Source: Octopus vulgaris | Lineage: Eukaryota | Direction of reading: 5' to 3' | Length of the DNA: 64,000 nucleotides | NCBI GenBank assembly: GCA_951406725.2 | Contig: OX597828.1 | Span: 50,468,001-50,532,000, forward strand | Shown here: positions 1-13,241 of the stretch, piece after piece | Layout: every line of letters begins with the position of its first letter | How positions within the stretch are numbered: position 1 is the stretch's first letter | Program-made: the position numbers and the translations under genes | Notes under the pieces: generated by a model | What the model saw: only the letters and a program-made list of their open reading frames with translations | Told to the model about the DNA's origin: nothing | Databases searched by the model: none

Positions 1-612
1 AGAAACAAGAAAATTATTAATTTATTCCTTGTTAATGAGCAAATAAATTAATTTGTCCTCCATAGTTCATCAGTGGGATCGCTAAAAGTATTCATAATTA
101 TATAGTGTCAATAAGTACCGCAGATTCCTTCCAGTGCCATTATCGGCGTGCCTTTAGTATGATTTTTTTCGTGATTTGGGTTTAACTGCCCTTTTCAGCA
201 TTTAAGAAGTCCTGTCAAAGAGCTTTTTTTTTCAGTAAACACATTTCATAAGAATTTGAAGGCTAAATTGACAAGTCTAGAATAAGTATCTAGAAAAGCT
301 GAACTAACAAAAGAAACCATTAACTGTGATGGCAGTATGCCATTCTTGTTCTTTGTTTTTAGAACGACACTGGGAAACTTGGTTTTGTGGAAGACCGGAA
401 TTGTCTATGAAAGGAGAAAGCAGCATTTTAAAATCAGTCACGTTTTGTTGATGGTGGTTTTAACACTGTTATTAAATTAAAACTGTTAATTTATTTATTA
501 AATATATTGGAATGGAGTTCGGGAGAAAATATGTGTTATCAAGAAAAGAGGGAAGATTGTGTTAGTTAAAATGATAGTTTTGCCTGAAGGTGAAATAATG
601 AAGAGTATAGAG

Positions 613-728
613 CACTGGTTCCCAGTCTTTTCACAGTGGTTCCCAGCCTTTTCACAGTGGTTCCCAAACTTTTTATTTAAATGAGTTTTCTCACGGACCC
701 CTTTTAATATGCTTATCCTTATGTATGT

Positions 729-798
<70 letters not shown>

Positions 799-896
799 AC
801 ACACATATATAAATGAAATCTTTCATTCGGTTCACAGACCCCAGTACTACCTTTGCAGATCACCAAGGGTCGTGGACCCCAGGTTGGGAGCCACTG
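613..896. mobile_element. hAT (Charlie-like) MITE with internal (CA)n
   Basis: TIRs CAGTGGTTCCCAA / TTGGGAGCCACTG; exact 8-bp TSD GTATAGAG at 605-612 and 897-904; left terminus repeated as three 21-bp units. Confidence 0.9.
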
Positions 897-919
897 GTAT
901 AGAGGATAGAAGTACAGAA

Positions 920-1400
920 TTGTATTAAAAACCAAGATCAAGGAGACTGAAATGAAGGCATTATCGGGCAAAGAATACCAGAGAAGATTAAAATTGTTGT
1001 TAGAGAAAAACAGTAAAGAGGTGGGGGATATTAGCAACAGAAAACGTGAGGGGCACTAGGAATGAAGAATGCATTAGGGGTATGCAAATACAAAAAGAAA
1101 GACACTAGAAAGACGCTAAATACAATAAATACGAGAATCATCAAGGTCAAGGTCTTAAATGAGAAGTTGCAGGAGGATAGGGCTGAAGAAAAGTTGAAAT
1201 TTTGTCAGTGGTGGTGAGTACTCTTGGTACAATCTCGGAGAAAATACTGGTTGAAGAAAATTCTGAGTGAAATTCAAATGGAATTATTAAGGAATATTAG
1301 AGAACACTGAATTATCAGGGACTGTAAAGGTCCCGAAGAAGAGATCGAAAACTGTGCTTATGAAAGAAATCCAAAGAAATCTTTGTCATAGGTCATGATT
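920..1400 (-). pseudogene. highly decayed CR1/L2-like LINE ORF2 3' fragment
   Basis: Minus-strand LLWYSLPDNAF resembles the RLWNSLP motif at the CR1/L2 ORF2 C-terminus; otherwise heavily degenerate. Confidence 0.3.
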
Positions 1401-1439
1401 CTCTTTGTCTGCTATACACAAAATACTAAAAATGGTTTC

Positions 1440-1655
1440 TAATTTACGCACTAGGCCAACAAATTTGAGTGGAGGGTATTAGTTGATACTATCAACCCAA
1501 GTACGTGACTGATAGTTTATTTTCTCAAACCTGGCTGGAGGAAAGGCGAAGTTGATCTTGGCGGGATTTGAACATGGAACGCAAGGGAAAAACTCGGAAA
1601 AAATACTGCAAGGCAGTTTTTTCCCAGCGCTCTTACGATTCTGCCAATACGCTGT
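1440..1655 (-). mobile_element. SINE family B, old-type copy
   Basis: Diverged match to the family B head and core (ggcagaatcgt...ttcaaatcccgcc...actttcgccttt) and the old ...aaatttg...cctagtgcg tail. Confidence 0.7.
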
Positions 1656-1989
1656 ATTTTGGAAAATACCATTAATGATAATAATTTCCCTATTAATCTC
1701 AACGTTTCATACATACAACGTTAGAAGATAAGAGTTACAGAAAGCTATGGGGATTGACAAAGCCAAGTTATGTCAATATGAATGTAATATAATGAGCACC
1801 CTAAAAGATTGATACAGATTGCACACTACAGAAGAATTATAAAATTATATTAAAAACAATAATTAAAGCAAAATACAATTTAAATAATAAAAACACAAAT
1901 CACAAATTAACTAGGTGAGAGCCCAGTAGCTGGTCACGTGGGAGGACAGTGCGACACTGCCTGTTTGTTATTAATTATGAAAGGTGACA

Positions 1990-2400
1990 TGAAGCCTTTT
2001 GGTATTGGCTATGGTGAAAAGCATGCAACGTCTTTTGGGTAATTTCTTTAACTCTACGGTAAGCTTTAATGTGGTCTCCACTAACACGGTTTTTGTACAG
2101 AATGTCCCTTCCTCCCAACTTCGCGTTTTCCACCGATGACGTTTTTCTACAATATATCCTTCACCGATGTTTTCGGTTTAATTCGTGTCTATTTTCTATC
2201 TTTTTATTATCTTATCATTTTTGCTTTTATACATTTTGTGTGCAGCTGTCAAAGCTTTCGTTTGAGTGGTTCTTTTCTCGATGGTAATTTTATGTGAACT
2301 GTCAAATATGTCTTTATATTTGCTTGAAATTGAGCGAACTCCCCATCTCAAACCGTTCAACATTTTTGTGAAACAACTCAAAAGATTTGACACAGAAAAA
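1990..2400 (-). pseudogene. decayed RTE-like LINE C-terminal fragment
   Basis: Minus-strand KDIL*KNVIGGKREVGRK resembles the RTE KDILQG..GKR.RGR motif. Confidence 0.3.
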
Positions 2401-2519
2401 AATCCGATTTAGGAAAGAACCCACAACATATAATCAATAATGATAATAATAATACTAATTATAATAATGATGGTGATGATGATGATGATGATGATAATGA
2501 TGAGAATGGTGATGATACA

Positions 2520-2900
2520 CGTAGCATGTTTCACAAAAGGGATCTTATTCATAGGTTGTTTTTTTAAGCGAAAAGAGATGATGGGAGAAGTTTGCTTAGT
2601 GTAGGAAGATTATGTTGAAATGGAAGGGATTGCACGAAGAATATAAAAAAACATGTCAGAAAGTAAAGAAATGTTGAGTGCTCTGAAAAAAACTTGGAGA
2701 AGAGAATTTTTTTCAAGAACACCGAATTTAGAAAGAAGGATTATTAATACGGGAACAAAATGCCCACAGGGGCCACGAAAATGGCAGCTGAAAAGCAAGT
2801 CACGAGGACAGGAATTAAGAAGGCCTTATCGCAAACAAGTCGGAAGAACAATAGACCGTATACTATATATTATGAGAATGTGATTTCATGGCGCCATAAA
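2520..2900 (+). pseudogene. decayed R4/Dong-like LINE fragment next to an AAT/GAT microsatellite
   Basis: Frameshifted RLFFKRKRDDGRSLLSV resembles the R4-clade RLYLPRKEGGRGL motif. Confidence 0.35.
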
Positions 2901-3039
2901 TATATAAAAGCGGGATACACGGCAAAATTGCATTTGTTATGCACTAGGAATAGTGTAAAACGAAAGAAATAAAGTGGTATTAAACAAGTTTAAGGAAAAA
3001 AGATCAAAAATGAAAAGGTATGAGGAGTACAGAACAGTT

Positions 3040-3232
3040 TCTGCTTTAAGGGTGTCGCGAAAGGCCTGGTTGGAGGCACATCATTCCGAATTCTTTTACA
3101 GGGCCTACGAAAACTGAAGGACCGCTTCAATATGTATGTGAATCTGAGAGGAGAATGTTGAATGAAATCATAATTAAATAATCCTCCTTTATTTTCTTTT
3201 ACCCAAAGCCAAGAAATTTTCAGCACCCGTCG
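3040..3232 (+). mobile_element. mariner 3' remnant (transposase C-terminus plus TIR)
   Basis: KAWLEAHHSEFF/LQGLRKLKDRFNMYVNLRGE (frameshifted), then a TIR-like end gaaattttcagcacccgtcg followed by TA. Confidence 0.6.
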
Positions 3233-3585
3233 TAAAGCGTTTATATAACATGAAAATCGAGAGAGTAATAGAAACATTTAGAAATTCAGACTAGATATCG
3301 TTGTATGAAAGAAAGATACTGGAGCTTGTAAAACATACATTTTAATAGCAGAGAGAAAGAAAACGAAGAGATTGATTGATGAATTCTAACGCCTATAGTG
3401 TGAACTGAAAATGGGTTGGAGCTGAAGAGAGATAATATTAATTCCTTCTAACAAAGAATCACAGTGTACGGTGGATGAAAATATCACCAAATAGGTTTCT
3501 GGTACACTTAGAACATTAAGAAATACGATGAATGTCTAAAGATAGTAGCTTAAAGTTCAAAATATTGCTAACACTACTTCTGTTG

Positions 3586-3586
3586 A

Positions 3587-3675
<89 letters not shown>

Positions 3676-3728
3676 TAAAAATAATAATTACAATAATAAT
3701 AATAATAATAATAATAATGATAATAATG

Positions 3729-3792
<64 letters not shown>

Positions 3793-3797
3793 TAATA

Positions 3798-3826
<29 letters not shown>
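3586..3826. repeat. (AAT)n/(GAT)n microsatellite
   Basis: Direct trinucleotide repeat. Confidence 0.98.
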
Positions 3827-3829
<3 letters not shown>

Positions 3830-4374
3830 ATGCTCTGATGCAGTACCAGACATGGCTTCTGATCTTAACTGATTGGAAGTGTTATCATGTACATTGTTTT
3901 GTCTTAGTATAAAAGATGGGCTACAGCAAATATTCTGCTCAATACCACAGATTTGCTTGTCAATTGTTTGACCTTAACTACTTGAGCATGTCTCTTGGTG
4001 ACTGACGATACGTGCATCTCTGATCACGAGCAGAAGTAGTGTGGGAGCATCATAGCCATGTTTTGAAAGGGATTCTTTGTGGTTTGAATAATTCAGCTCT
4101 GGAAACATGGGTGCTTCGTTCAACATCCTTAAACAAGCCTTATTCAGGGACCTTTTGAGTGAGATAGGTTACTCGGCCAGATGAAAATTTTAACTGGGCC
4201 CCACCTGCAAGGTCATGTGCTGTTTATCTTGATATGAGATCACCATGTCGCGCACATATGGTTGTGCTGCATGTGCCTGGTGTACCCTTATCAGACAGGT
4301 AGTCATGATGGGTATACTGGGCTTCGTATATTTTACCCCAGTGTCACTTAGATGGCATGCACTGCTCTCTCACC
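3827..4374 (+). mobile_element. non-coding ~550-bp segment embedded in an (AAT)n array, possibly a retroposon 3' UTR
   Basis: GC-richer complex sequence bounded by AAT/GAT tracts on both sides, with no ORF. Confidence 0.45.
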
Positions 4375-4466
<92 letters not shown>

Positions 4467-4468
4467 TA
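4375..4468. repeat. (AAT)n microsatellite
   Basis: Direct repeat. Confidence 0.98.
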
Positions 4469-5544
4469 AGCCCCCATCAGAGTACATGAGCAGTTGTTGG
4501 AAAATATAGAGCACATCCAATGGCTACTTAGGCATTTATCATTTGATGTGATCGCTGATATAAATATTCAAAACCAAATTGAATGTGATTTGGCAATCTT
4601 TGTTGTCCAAGAAGGTAGGTCTATAAAAATCATGGTCTAAGAATACAAACAACCGAAAAAATGGTGTATAAGATCATGCCACCGTCCTCTTGGACCTGGA
4701 TAAGTTAAAGGCCTCATTACACTTGATTTGTCAGCCACGGAACTCACATAGCGGGCAACAACCATAATATGCTTTTATGTATAGAGCGTGGACCACACCA
4801 GAGGAACATTGCTGTCTAAAGGTGTGCTTGACTACTGCAGGACAGAAATACCTGTTTGGATGTATACACAGGGACAGAACTACTATTGGTGTGATTCTTT
4901 AATTAAAGTGTCACAAGTAGGTGTAAGAGAATCAGGGATAGGTAATTAACTCAGGACCCATCGTATGAACACTACCAACTTTATGACAGACATATATCTA
5001 CAATGAGAAATTGGATAAACTCGAAATAGAGTGGGCCACTACTGCTTATGTACATGAATTTCCAGTTGTCTGTTAAGTAATGTTATTAAAAAGATGGTGG
5101 TCATGCAATTTAAAGTTCTATTATTATTAGCCTTTTTTAAAGTTTTTAAACAGAAACAAAGCATCTGATATTTATATATTCAAAAGAAGCAGCCAAATAA
5201 TGAAGAAACGTATAAAAAACATGGCCAGGTGTAGTGATTGTTAATCGTTGCTTTAATTTTAGAGAACAGCAGGTTGTTAACTTTTTGTTATAAAAAATAT
5301 TGAATGAAGACTATTTTAATGAGATATTAACGATGCTTATGCATCATTATATTTCAATAGAAACTTCAACAATGCAGCGTGAATTTACTTTAATAGTTTA
5401 ATATTGCCAACAGAAAAAAACAAAACAGAAACGAGAATACTTTATTCAATTTCAGGATCTCTTTAAGTTTTTAATATTTAGAATGCATTTCTTGCAAAGC
5501 AAGAAGAGAAATATTGTTTATACTTCATTATATAAAATGTATAA

Positions 5545-5760
5545 CGCAGCGAACTGGCATGGCAGAATTACTAACACGCCGGAGAAATTGTTGAGATGTA
5601 TTCCATTCGTCTTTACGTTCTGAGTTCAAATATTACCGTGGTCAGCTTCGCTAATCATCCTTTCGGGGGCGATAAAAGTACCAATTGAGTACTGGGGTTG
5701 ATGCAATCGATCTTCTTTCTTCCTCAAAATTTCAGGCTTTGTATCTTTATTGAAAATGTT
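5545..5760 (+). mobile_element. SINE family B, old-type copy
   Basis: gcgaactggca...ttacgttctgagttcaaat...tcatcctttcgggggcgataaaagtacc core. Confidence 0.75.
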
Positions 5761-6604
5761 TATATAAAATGTGAGACATGTGGGATGCGGAAAAGTGAGG
5801 TACTGTGACACTCAAGCCTTACCTGCTCCAATAGCAGTTTTGGTGTAAGGGAATCGAAAGGGTTTTAACTGTGGTTTGAGACTGAATTGTGCCGCGATAA
5901 AAAACTTGTGGCAACATTCGCCATATTAAAATAAAATGTTCAGAAAGCCAGAAATTTGAAATGGAGGATTATTATCTATTGATTTATCTCACGGTAATCA
6001 CTTTTTCGTATTCAAGAATTTGAGCTGGAAAATGTAACTTAAATAAACCAATGGCTACGATTAAGATAATTCAAACAGTTAAATTTTCTTGATTTATCCA
6101 AATCGTTGTCCTTGGTTTATTTCAATTATTTCTCTTAGCTAAATTTTGCTAAATATTATAAAAATCACTGCTGGCTAGAAATATTCGTAAACAATTTTGT
6201 TTGTATAAAACCTTTCTGATAAATGCTCAAAGTAGCCCAGTGCTGATTATGTTTCACTGACGAGGGTTAGTAACACAGAAACTGTTAACAAATACCGTTT
6301 TTTTCCTTCGGCGTGATAATTATGTTTGTAATCAATTTTTTCTTGAAATTATTTCTCCTTCTGTTGTGGGTCGCAAACGTGTGCAGATAAAGTTTCGTTT
6401 TATAAGGAAAATTTTAAGAATCATTTCCGTAGATAAGTAAATACATCAATAACTACATGAATAATTTCTTGATAAATGATCGAACATGGAGTGAATGAAA
6501 AAAAAATTTGGCCATAGAAACAGCGAGAAAAATGAAACAGAGGAGAAACAAAAACAACAAATAAATACAAAAGCACTCCATTTCTGTTAACCAACAATTA
6601 AAAT

Positions 6605-6790
6605 ATTGGCTTCAAATTTTGGTACAGGGCCAACAATTTCGGAGGAGATGGCGGGTCGATTACGTCAACTCCTGTACTCAACTGGTACTTATTGTACAAA
6701 CCCCGAAGGAGTGAAAGGCGAGTCGTCCTCAGCGGAATTTGAAATTAAAACGTAAAGACGGACAAAACACCGCTAAGCATTTTGCCACCT
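6605..6790 (-). mobile_element. SINE family B, old-type copy
   Basis: Reverse-complement match to the family B core and the ccttgtaccaaaatttgaa tail. Confidence 0.75.
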
Positions 6791-7151
6791 TACTCCAATT
6801 GAAATAGTAATCTCAGTTCAGTAGATAGAGTCAGCGAAGCATTATCAGCTGAAACAGTAAAACGTGCCGAGATACGATCAAGAATAAAATAAAAATAAAT
6901 ACCAAAAGTAAAACAACACAAAGTACAATGCCTTTAGATAGTGATAAATGTTCTGTTGGCCTGGAGGGCTAGAAGCACAAAATATCAACCAAAGATCTAA
7001 GCCCATAACTTCCTTCTTTCCCTGCACCATCAAGTCAACAAAGAATTCCAAACAACCTGTCTTTATTGACGAGTTAATTATGAAATTTTCATTGTAGAAT
7101 ACAATAGACTCTCAGATGATTTTAAAGAAAAAATCACTTTTGTCAGTTATA

Positions 7152-7565
7152 GCGCAAGAGTGGCTGTGTGGTAAGTAGCTTGCTTACCAACCAAATGGTT
7201 CCGGGTTCATTCCCGCTGTGTGGAACCTTGGGCAAGTGCCTTCTACTATAGCCTCGGACCGACCAAAGTCTTGTGAGTGGATTTGGTAGACGGAAACTGA
7301 AAGAAGCGTGTCGTATATATGTATGTGTGTGTGTGTGTGTGTGGGGGGGTGTTTATGTGTTTGTGTTTGTCCCACCCCAACATCGCTTGACAACCGATAC
7401 TGGTGTGTTTACGTCCCCGTAACTTAGCGGTTCAGCAAAAGAGACCGATAGAATAAGTACTAGGTTTCCAAAGAATAAGTCCTGGGGTCGATTTGCGTGA
7501 CTGAATGCGGTGCTCCAGCATGGCCGCAGTCAAATGACTGAAACAAGTAAAAGAGAAAAGAGAAA
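7152..7565 (+). mobile_element. SINE family A, full length (tRNA head, CORE-like segment, internal TA/TG microsatellite)
   Basis: A box tggctgtgtggtaag; B-box-like gggttcattccc; ccttgggcaagtg CORE-like motif; 3' stem-loops and AAAGAG tail; about 20 copies in the window. Confidence 0.9.
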
Positions 7566-7582
7566 GAGAAAGAGAGAGCGAT

Positions 7583-7617
<35 letters not shown>

Positions 7618-8239
7618 TGGAGAAAGAGACAGAAAGAGAGAGAAATGAGAATCGATTTCTGTACATGAATTGTACTTCATTTATGGACCTCGAAAATGTA
7701 AATTTGATTTCGGTAAGATTTGTACTCGGGTTGCAGAGAACCGGAACAAATAAAGCAAAACACTTTAATTAGCCCTGTAACGAACCTGTTTGTTCACTGC
7801 AATATTTGATAAGCGCGCAACTATACACATTTATGACCTGGCATTGTTTTATAATGCAGGAAGTTTTTAGATGTCTCTATAATAACATTGATACTGAATG
7901 ATGAAACCAGATGTAAAAATTACGATTAGAAAAGGTCCGCCATATCATTAATAACTACATCTGGAAAATTACAAGTGAACACTTTATTTTTACAAACGTA
8001 ATATTGTGATTAATCGGAGTGTGAAACGCAGGTATTTTTAGTAGATTGGATCGATTTTTGTACTGACTGACAGAACCATGCAGGAAGATCGCACATATAT
8101 CTATCTTTATACATGTTATCTACGTATGGAACATCTTTTTTCTCTCCCTTTAATGGTAGCCATTTTGTGTCTGCTCATCTGGATATCAGCCGACACACAG
8201 ACTCTATTTGAAATAAATTTGCTTGCTCGGGAGCATTAG

Positions 8240-8867
8240 TTTACTTTTATGCATGTACATGTGCATATATGTGTATGTGTACGCGTCTGCATGTGTATGT
8301 GTGTGCACGTCTAATGTAGGTGTGTGTACGTGTCTGTATATATGTGTAAACGCATGTGTATATACGTATTTGTGCATATGTATATACATTATGTGTGAAT
8401 GAGTGAGTGCTTGTGTCGCTTTAGATGTGTAAGTGTATATGTGTGTATATATGTGTATGTGTGTATGTATAAATGTGTATGTAGATGTGTGCGTAAGGTT
8501 GTATGTATATGTGTATTTGTACATAGTGGTGCATATGTATGAGTATATTTAAGCATCTATGTGTGTAATTGTCTTTATACCTGTACATATGTATATTCGC
8601 ATAAGTGTGTATGGACGAATACATGTGTATGTGTTTATATATTTATATGCGTATATCTGTATGTATATATGCGCATATTTGTATATGAATATGCATTATG
8701 TGTATGTATATATGTATCCAGTTATGAATGTCTTTAGGTGTGTATAAGCGGATAAATGTGTATATGTGTATATGTACATGTATGCTTGCAAGTATATATG
8801 TGCGCAGCACGTGTGTGCATATATCTATGCGTGTATGTGTACATGTATATATATATGTGTTTATATA

Positions 8868-8909
<42 letters not shown>

Positions 8910-8995
8910 TGTATATATATATATATGAGTGTATATATATATATGTATGTATATAGGTATGTGTGAGTGTGTGTGTGTATATTTATGCATGTATA
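8240..8995. repeat. degenerate TA/TG low-complexity tract
   Basis: Alternating purine-pyrimidine sequence. Confidence 0.9.
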
Positions 8996-9338
8996 ATGAA
9001 CTATTATTTCCAGTTGCTGTTGAAAATAGAGTAAAGTTGTGGCGATCCTAACCAAAGTCAATATCCAGCCATTTTTGGCGTAGTCTTCATAATTATATCT
9101 CAGGAGTTTTATTTATAGGTGTATCTTCGTCATCGTCATGTTGTGGTCAGTGGTTGTAAAATTTAAAAAAATGAACTGCAACAAATCATGAACAGAATTA
9201 CGGGTTCTAGCACCGTAACGTAGCTCATTTTAAGTTTGTCGAAAAACGTGGTCGTTCACAACATTTGCTTCTGGAATTCTTTGTTAGATATTGGTGGATG
9301 AATGTGGTACGAAACTGTTGTTGATACGTACGTACACG

Positions 9339-9370
<32 letters not shown>

Positions 9371-9383
9371 CAGATATAGGCAA

Positions 9384-9430
<47 letters not shown>

Positions 9431-9452
9431 TGCCTATATCTGTATGTGTATA

Positions 9453-9506
<54 letters not shown>

Positions 9507-9524
9507 CACATACAGATATAGGCA

Positions 9525-9554
<30 letters not shown>

Positions 9555-9562
<8 letters not shown>

Positions 9563-9846
9563 TATCACGTATCACGTAATCACATGACTGACCAGGCTAT
9601 CACATGTTGCTACACATCGCTGGTCACAATGCGCTTTGCATTGCTTTAGCCAGCAAGTGACGCCACCCCGCTGGCTAAGTGAGCAGGTTATCAGAAAAAA
9701 GATTCAGAGAAAGTTGTGGCAAAAGAGTACTGCCCGAGCCTCGTGGAGCTTTAGGTGTTTTTGCTCAATAAACACTTACAACGCCCGGTCTGGGAATCGA
9801 AACCGCGAGTCCGCTGCCCTAGGCATTGGGTCATTGCGCCTCCACA
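9555..9846 (-). mobile_element. SINE family C head with a variant tail
   Basis: ggaggcgcaatgaccc...ggtttcgattcccagaccgggcgttg head; tail differs from the other family C copies. Confidence 0.8.
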
Positions 9847-9856
9847 TATACATGCA

Positions 9857-9922
<66 letters not shown>

Positions 9923-10070
9923 AGTAGGTGAATGAATTATCCTATGTTTATCGTCAGCATGGAAAATTCGTTTAACCGAAACCTGGGTAGCAAATTCACG
10001 TCAGAAACACGGTTGAAGCGACCTGTCAAGGGTAGAAACTTCGGGTTCATGTGCAGAAATTTGTGTGTTG

Positions 10071-10479
10071 TATATGAATAAATGAAAGAATGGAGTTGAA
10101 CGAAGATGTTAACAAAATTCCTTTACTCTCGACATATGTTTAGAAGACATTTTTTCATTCCAAAGGAATAAAGGGTGCATTATGCAATCTTCTCATCAGG
10201 AAAGAAAGGGACCCTCTCTTCACAACAAGACAAACAAAAATTTCGATGACTGCCTACATGGTAAACAAAGCGAAAACGAGTGTTTTTTTTTTACCATGTA
10301 GGCAGTCATCGAAATTTTTGTTTGTCTTGTTATCGAGAGAAGCTCCCTTTCTTTCCTGATGAGAAGATTGCATAATGCACCCTTTATTCCTTTGGAATGA
10401 AAAAATGTTGTCTTCGAAACATATGTCGAGAGTAAAGGAATTTTGTTAACATCTTCGTTCGACTCCATTCTTTCATTTA

Positions 10480-10487
<8 letters not shown>
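10071..10487. mobile_element. head-to-head inverted pair of ~195-bp Penelope-pLTR-like elements
   Basis: Arms 10071-10265 and 10290-10487 are near-perfect reverse complements; each carries a hammerhead motif; the right arm abuts (TA)n. Confidence 0.75.
10351..10432 (+). ncRNA. type-I hammerhead ribozyme, canonical core
   Basis: Stem I ctttc/gagag; CTGATGA 10356-10362; stem II gaagat/gtcttc; GAAA 10416-10419; palindromic stem III acatatgt; GUC cleavage triplet ending at 10427. Confidence 0.8.
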
Positions 10488-10536
<49 letters not shown>

Positions 10537-10723
10537 CGAAGGGTAAAATTGATTAATTAAGAAGTAATCAATAATTTCACCAAGTAGAATTTGGCATGAA
10601 AAAAGGACCATTTCACGGTAAACTTAAGTAATACTTAATAATTAGGGTTCAGCAAAGATTTGCTAACTTCGGTATGTGGTAAAGCAAATCTTTGCTGAAC
10701 CCTAATTATTAAGTATATATATA

Positions 10724-11022
10724 TCTTTATATATAAAAGAGAAGTTGTGTGTCTGTCTCCTACGATTTAGATTCATAACTACTCCCACATTTTGCGGTGC
10801 AGTTTAACCAAAAGCGGGTATCTTATAGTCGTGATTCATATCGAGCCCTTCTTGGTACTAGCGCGCGTCTACGATGAGTCTACGATTAAAAAAAAAGATT
10901 ACCATAATTTTTTCCCATTTTTAATGCATTTTTTTGCCATTATATAAGGGAAGTAACTCTCTAAAAATGCTTATATAGTTATTTCCCTTACAAACCCGAG
11001 CAACGCCGGGCGATACTGCTAG
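10724..11022 (+). mobile_element. non-autonomous Helitron
   Basis: 5' TC start (tctttatatataaaag); 3' hairpin cccgagcaacgccggg followed by CTAG; inserted between A and T in (TA)n with no TSD. Confidence 0.85.
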
Positions 11023-11574
11023 TATATATATATATGCTTATATGTATGTTGATACATACTTACAACTACTGCTGCTTATAATTTATAACCGGTTTACAAA
11101 AGTGGAACTGCACTGGGTGTAATATTTGTCTCAGAGAAATATCTCAAATTCTCTAATGAGTTTAAAAAAATTTACTCAGAACGACAGTGGATCCTCAGAC
11201 ACAGAGTTTTAATTTTATTTGCTCTCCTCAGTGACGAATGATGTGGACGTTTATGAGATTGTTTTCTCTGATGTGGAAATCGGTGAAAACTTGCACAAAA
11301 TATTTGCTGATGTGTGGGAAAGGTAGACTGGGTAGAATTAAATGAATAAACGAACTTAAACGACATCAGATTAAAGTACCGGGACGTAGAACATTTATAG
11401 TTGCTATACAAATATGGAACAGCAATAACTAAGTTATTTATATCTGGTTATCCACCAGCGTTTTGAGAGACAGCCTGAGATATTTTTTTGAATATTACAA
11501 CCAGGTTGTTCCACTTTTGTGCATACATAAATTTTATACACACTGGCATTTTAATTCAAGGTTCTTTCAAGTGT

Positions 11575-11932
<358 letters not shown>

Positions 11933-12084
11933 AGTTCAATTAGAGTACGAACCTTGTAGTTTGTTTTATAAAGCTTGTCCACTGGTATTGGTTTGCAACT
12001 GTAATTTTGCAACGGAAGCCCATCGTATTAATGGAGATACATCCAAAAATCCATGAATGTCCATAGAGAATATATATATGTATA

Positions 12085-12159
<75 letters not shown>

Positions 12160-12866
12160 CTGTGTGTATATATACACGCACACATGCATACATACGCGCA
12201 CACGCAGGCCTACATATTATGTAAACAGGAGGGGTTGGATTGAGTAAACACGCTTTATTGCATAATACTGCAATTCCTATTCACGTTGCTAGCAGACAAC
12301 TGCCAAAATATTGTTACATAATACATTCATTAAATTTATTCCATTATATTCGTATTATTTCAACAACACTGGCGAATAAAAACTCCTCAGGTACGAATAC
12401 ATAATATTCGCTAAGATAAACCGTATTTCACAGAATATCTATCTGAGCAAATTTAATAAAATGAATAAAAACAAATAACACTAAAATAAACAAAACAAAT
12501 CATAAAAGTAGACTAATCAAAAACAGAAAAGTTAACCAATAGATAACTAAGACAGATAAAATATGCTATTAACAAAAAAAAAAAAAACATTTTGTAAGTA
12601 CAGTACTGACGCGGAGAAGCCAATTGTCGCCGTGGTTCAGCAGGTCATCATAATATACCAGGCTAGTTTGTTGTTAATTTAAAGGAAAAATAGATTGAAG
12701 TCTTATCTGCTGCTTTATTGCTCTGCACCCGGTGTACGTGCAAGAAGCGTGCGTATTGGAAAAAATAGACGCACACTCATTCACACCGATGTACAAACAC
12801 ACACACACAGAGTCACACGCACACATATATTTATATATTTTTAAATTGCGGATAGCCACCTTATTA

Positions 12867-12869
<3 letters not shown>

Positions 12870-12927
<58 letters not shown>

Positions 12928-13055
12928 TATATGCATATATACATATATATATGTATGTATGCATATATATATATTTATATATATATATATATATATAAAT
13001 ATATATATGCATATATATATATTTATATATATATATATGCATATATATATATATT

Positions 13056-13086
<31 letters not shown>

Positions 13087-13193
13087 GCATATATATATAT
13101 ATGTATATATGTATGTTATGTATATATGTATGTTATGTATATATGTATGTATGTATGTATGTATATATATATATATGCATATATATATATTTA

Positions 13194-13241
<48 letters not shown>

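Noticed and set aside
6255-6295. CTGACGA...GAAAC hammerhead-like motif
   Set aside because: Stems I and III do not form; at best a very old remnant
12600-12670. Short GC-richer island as a possible minus-strand micro-exon or snoRNA (ATGATGA...CTGA)
   Set aside because: Boxes are too close together, splice signals are weak and no homology was recognised
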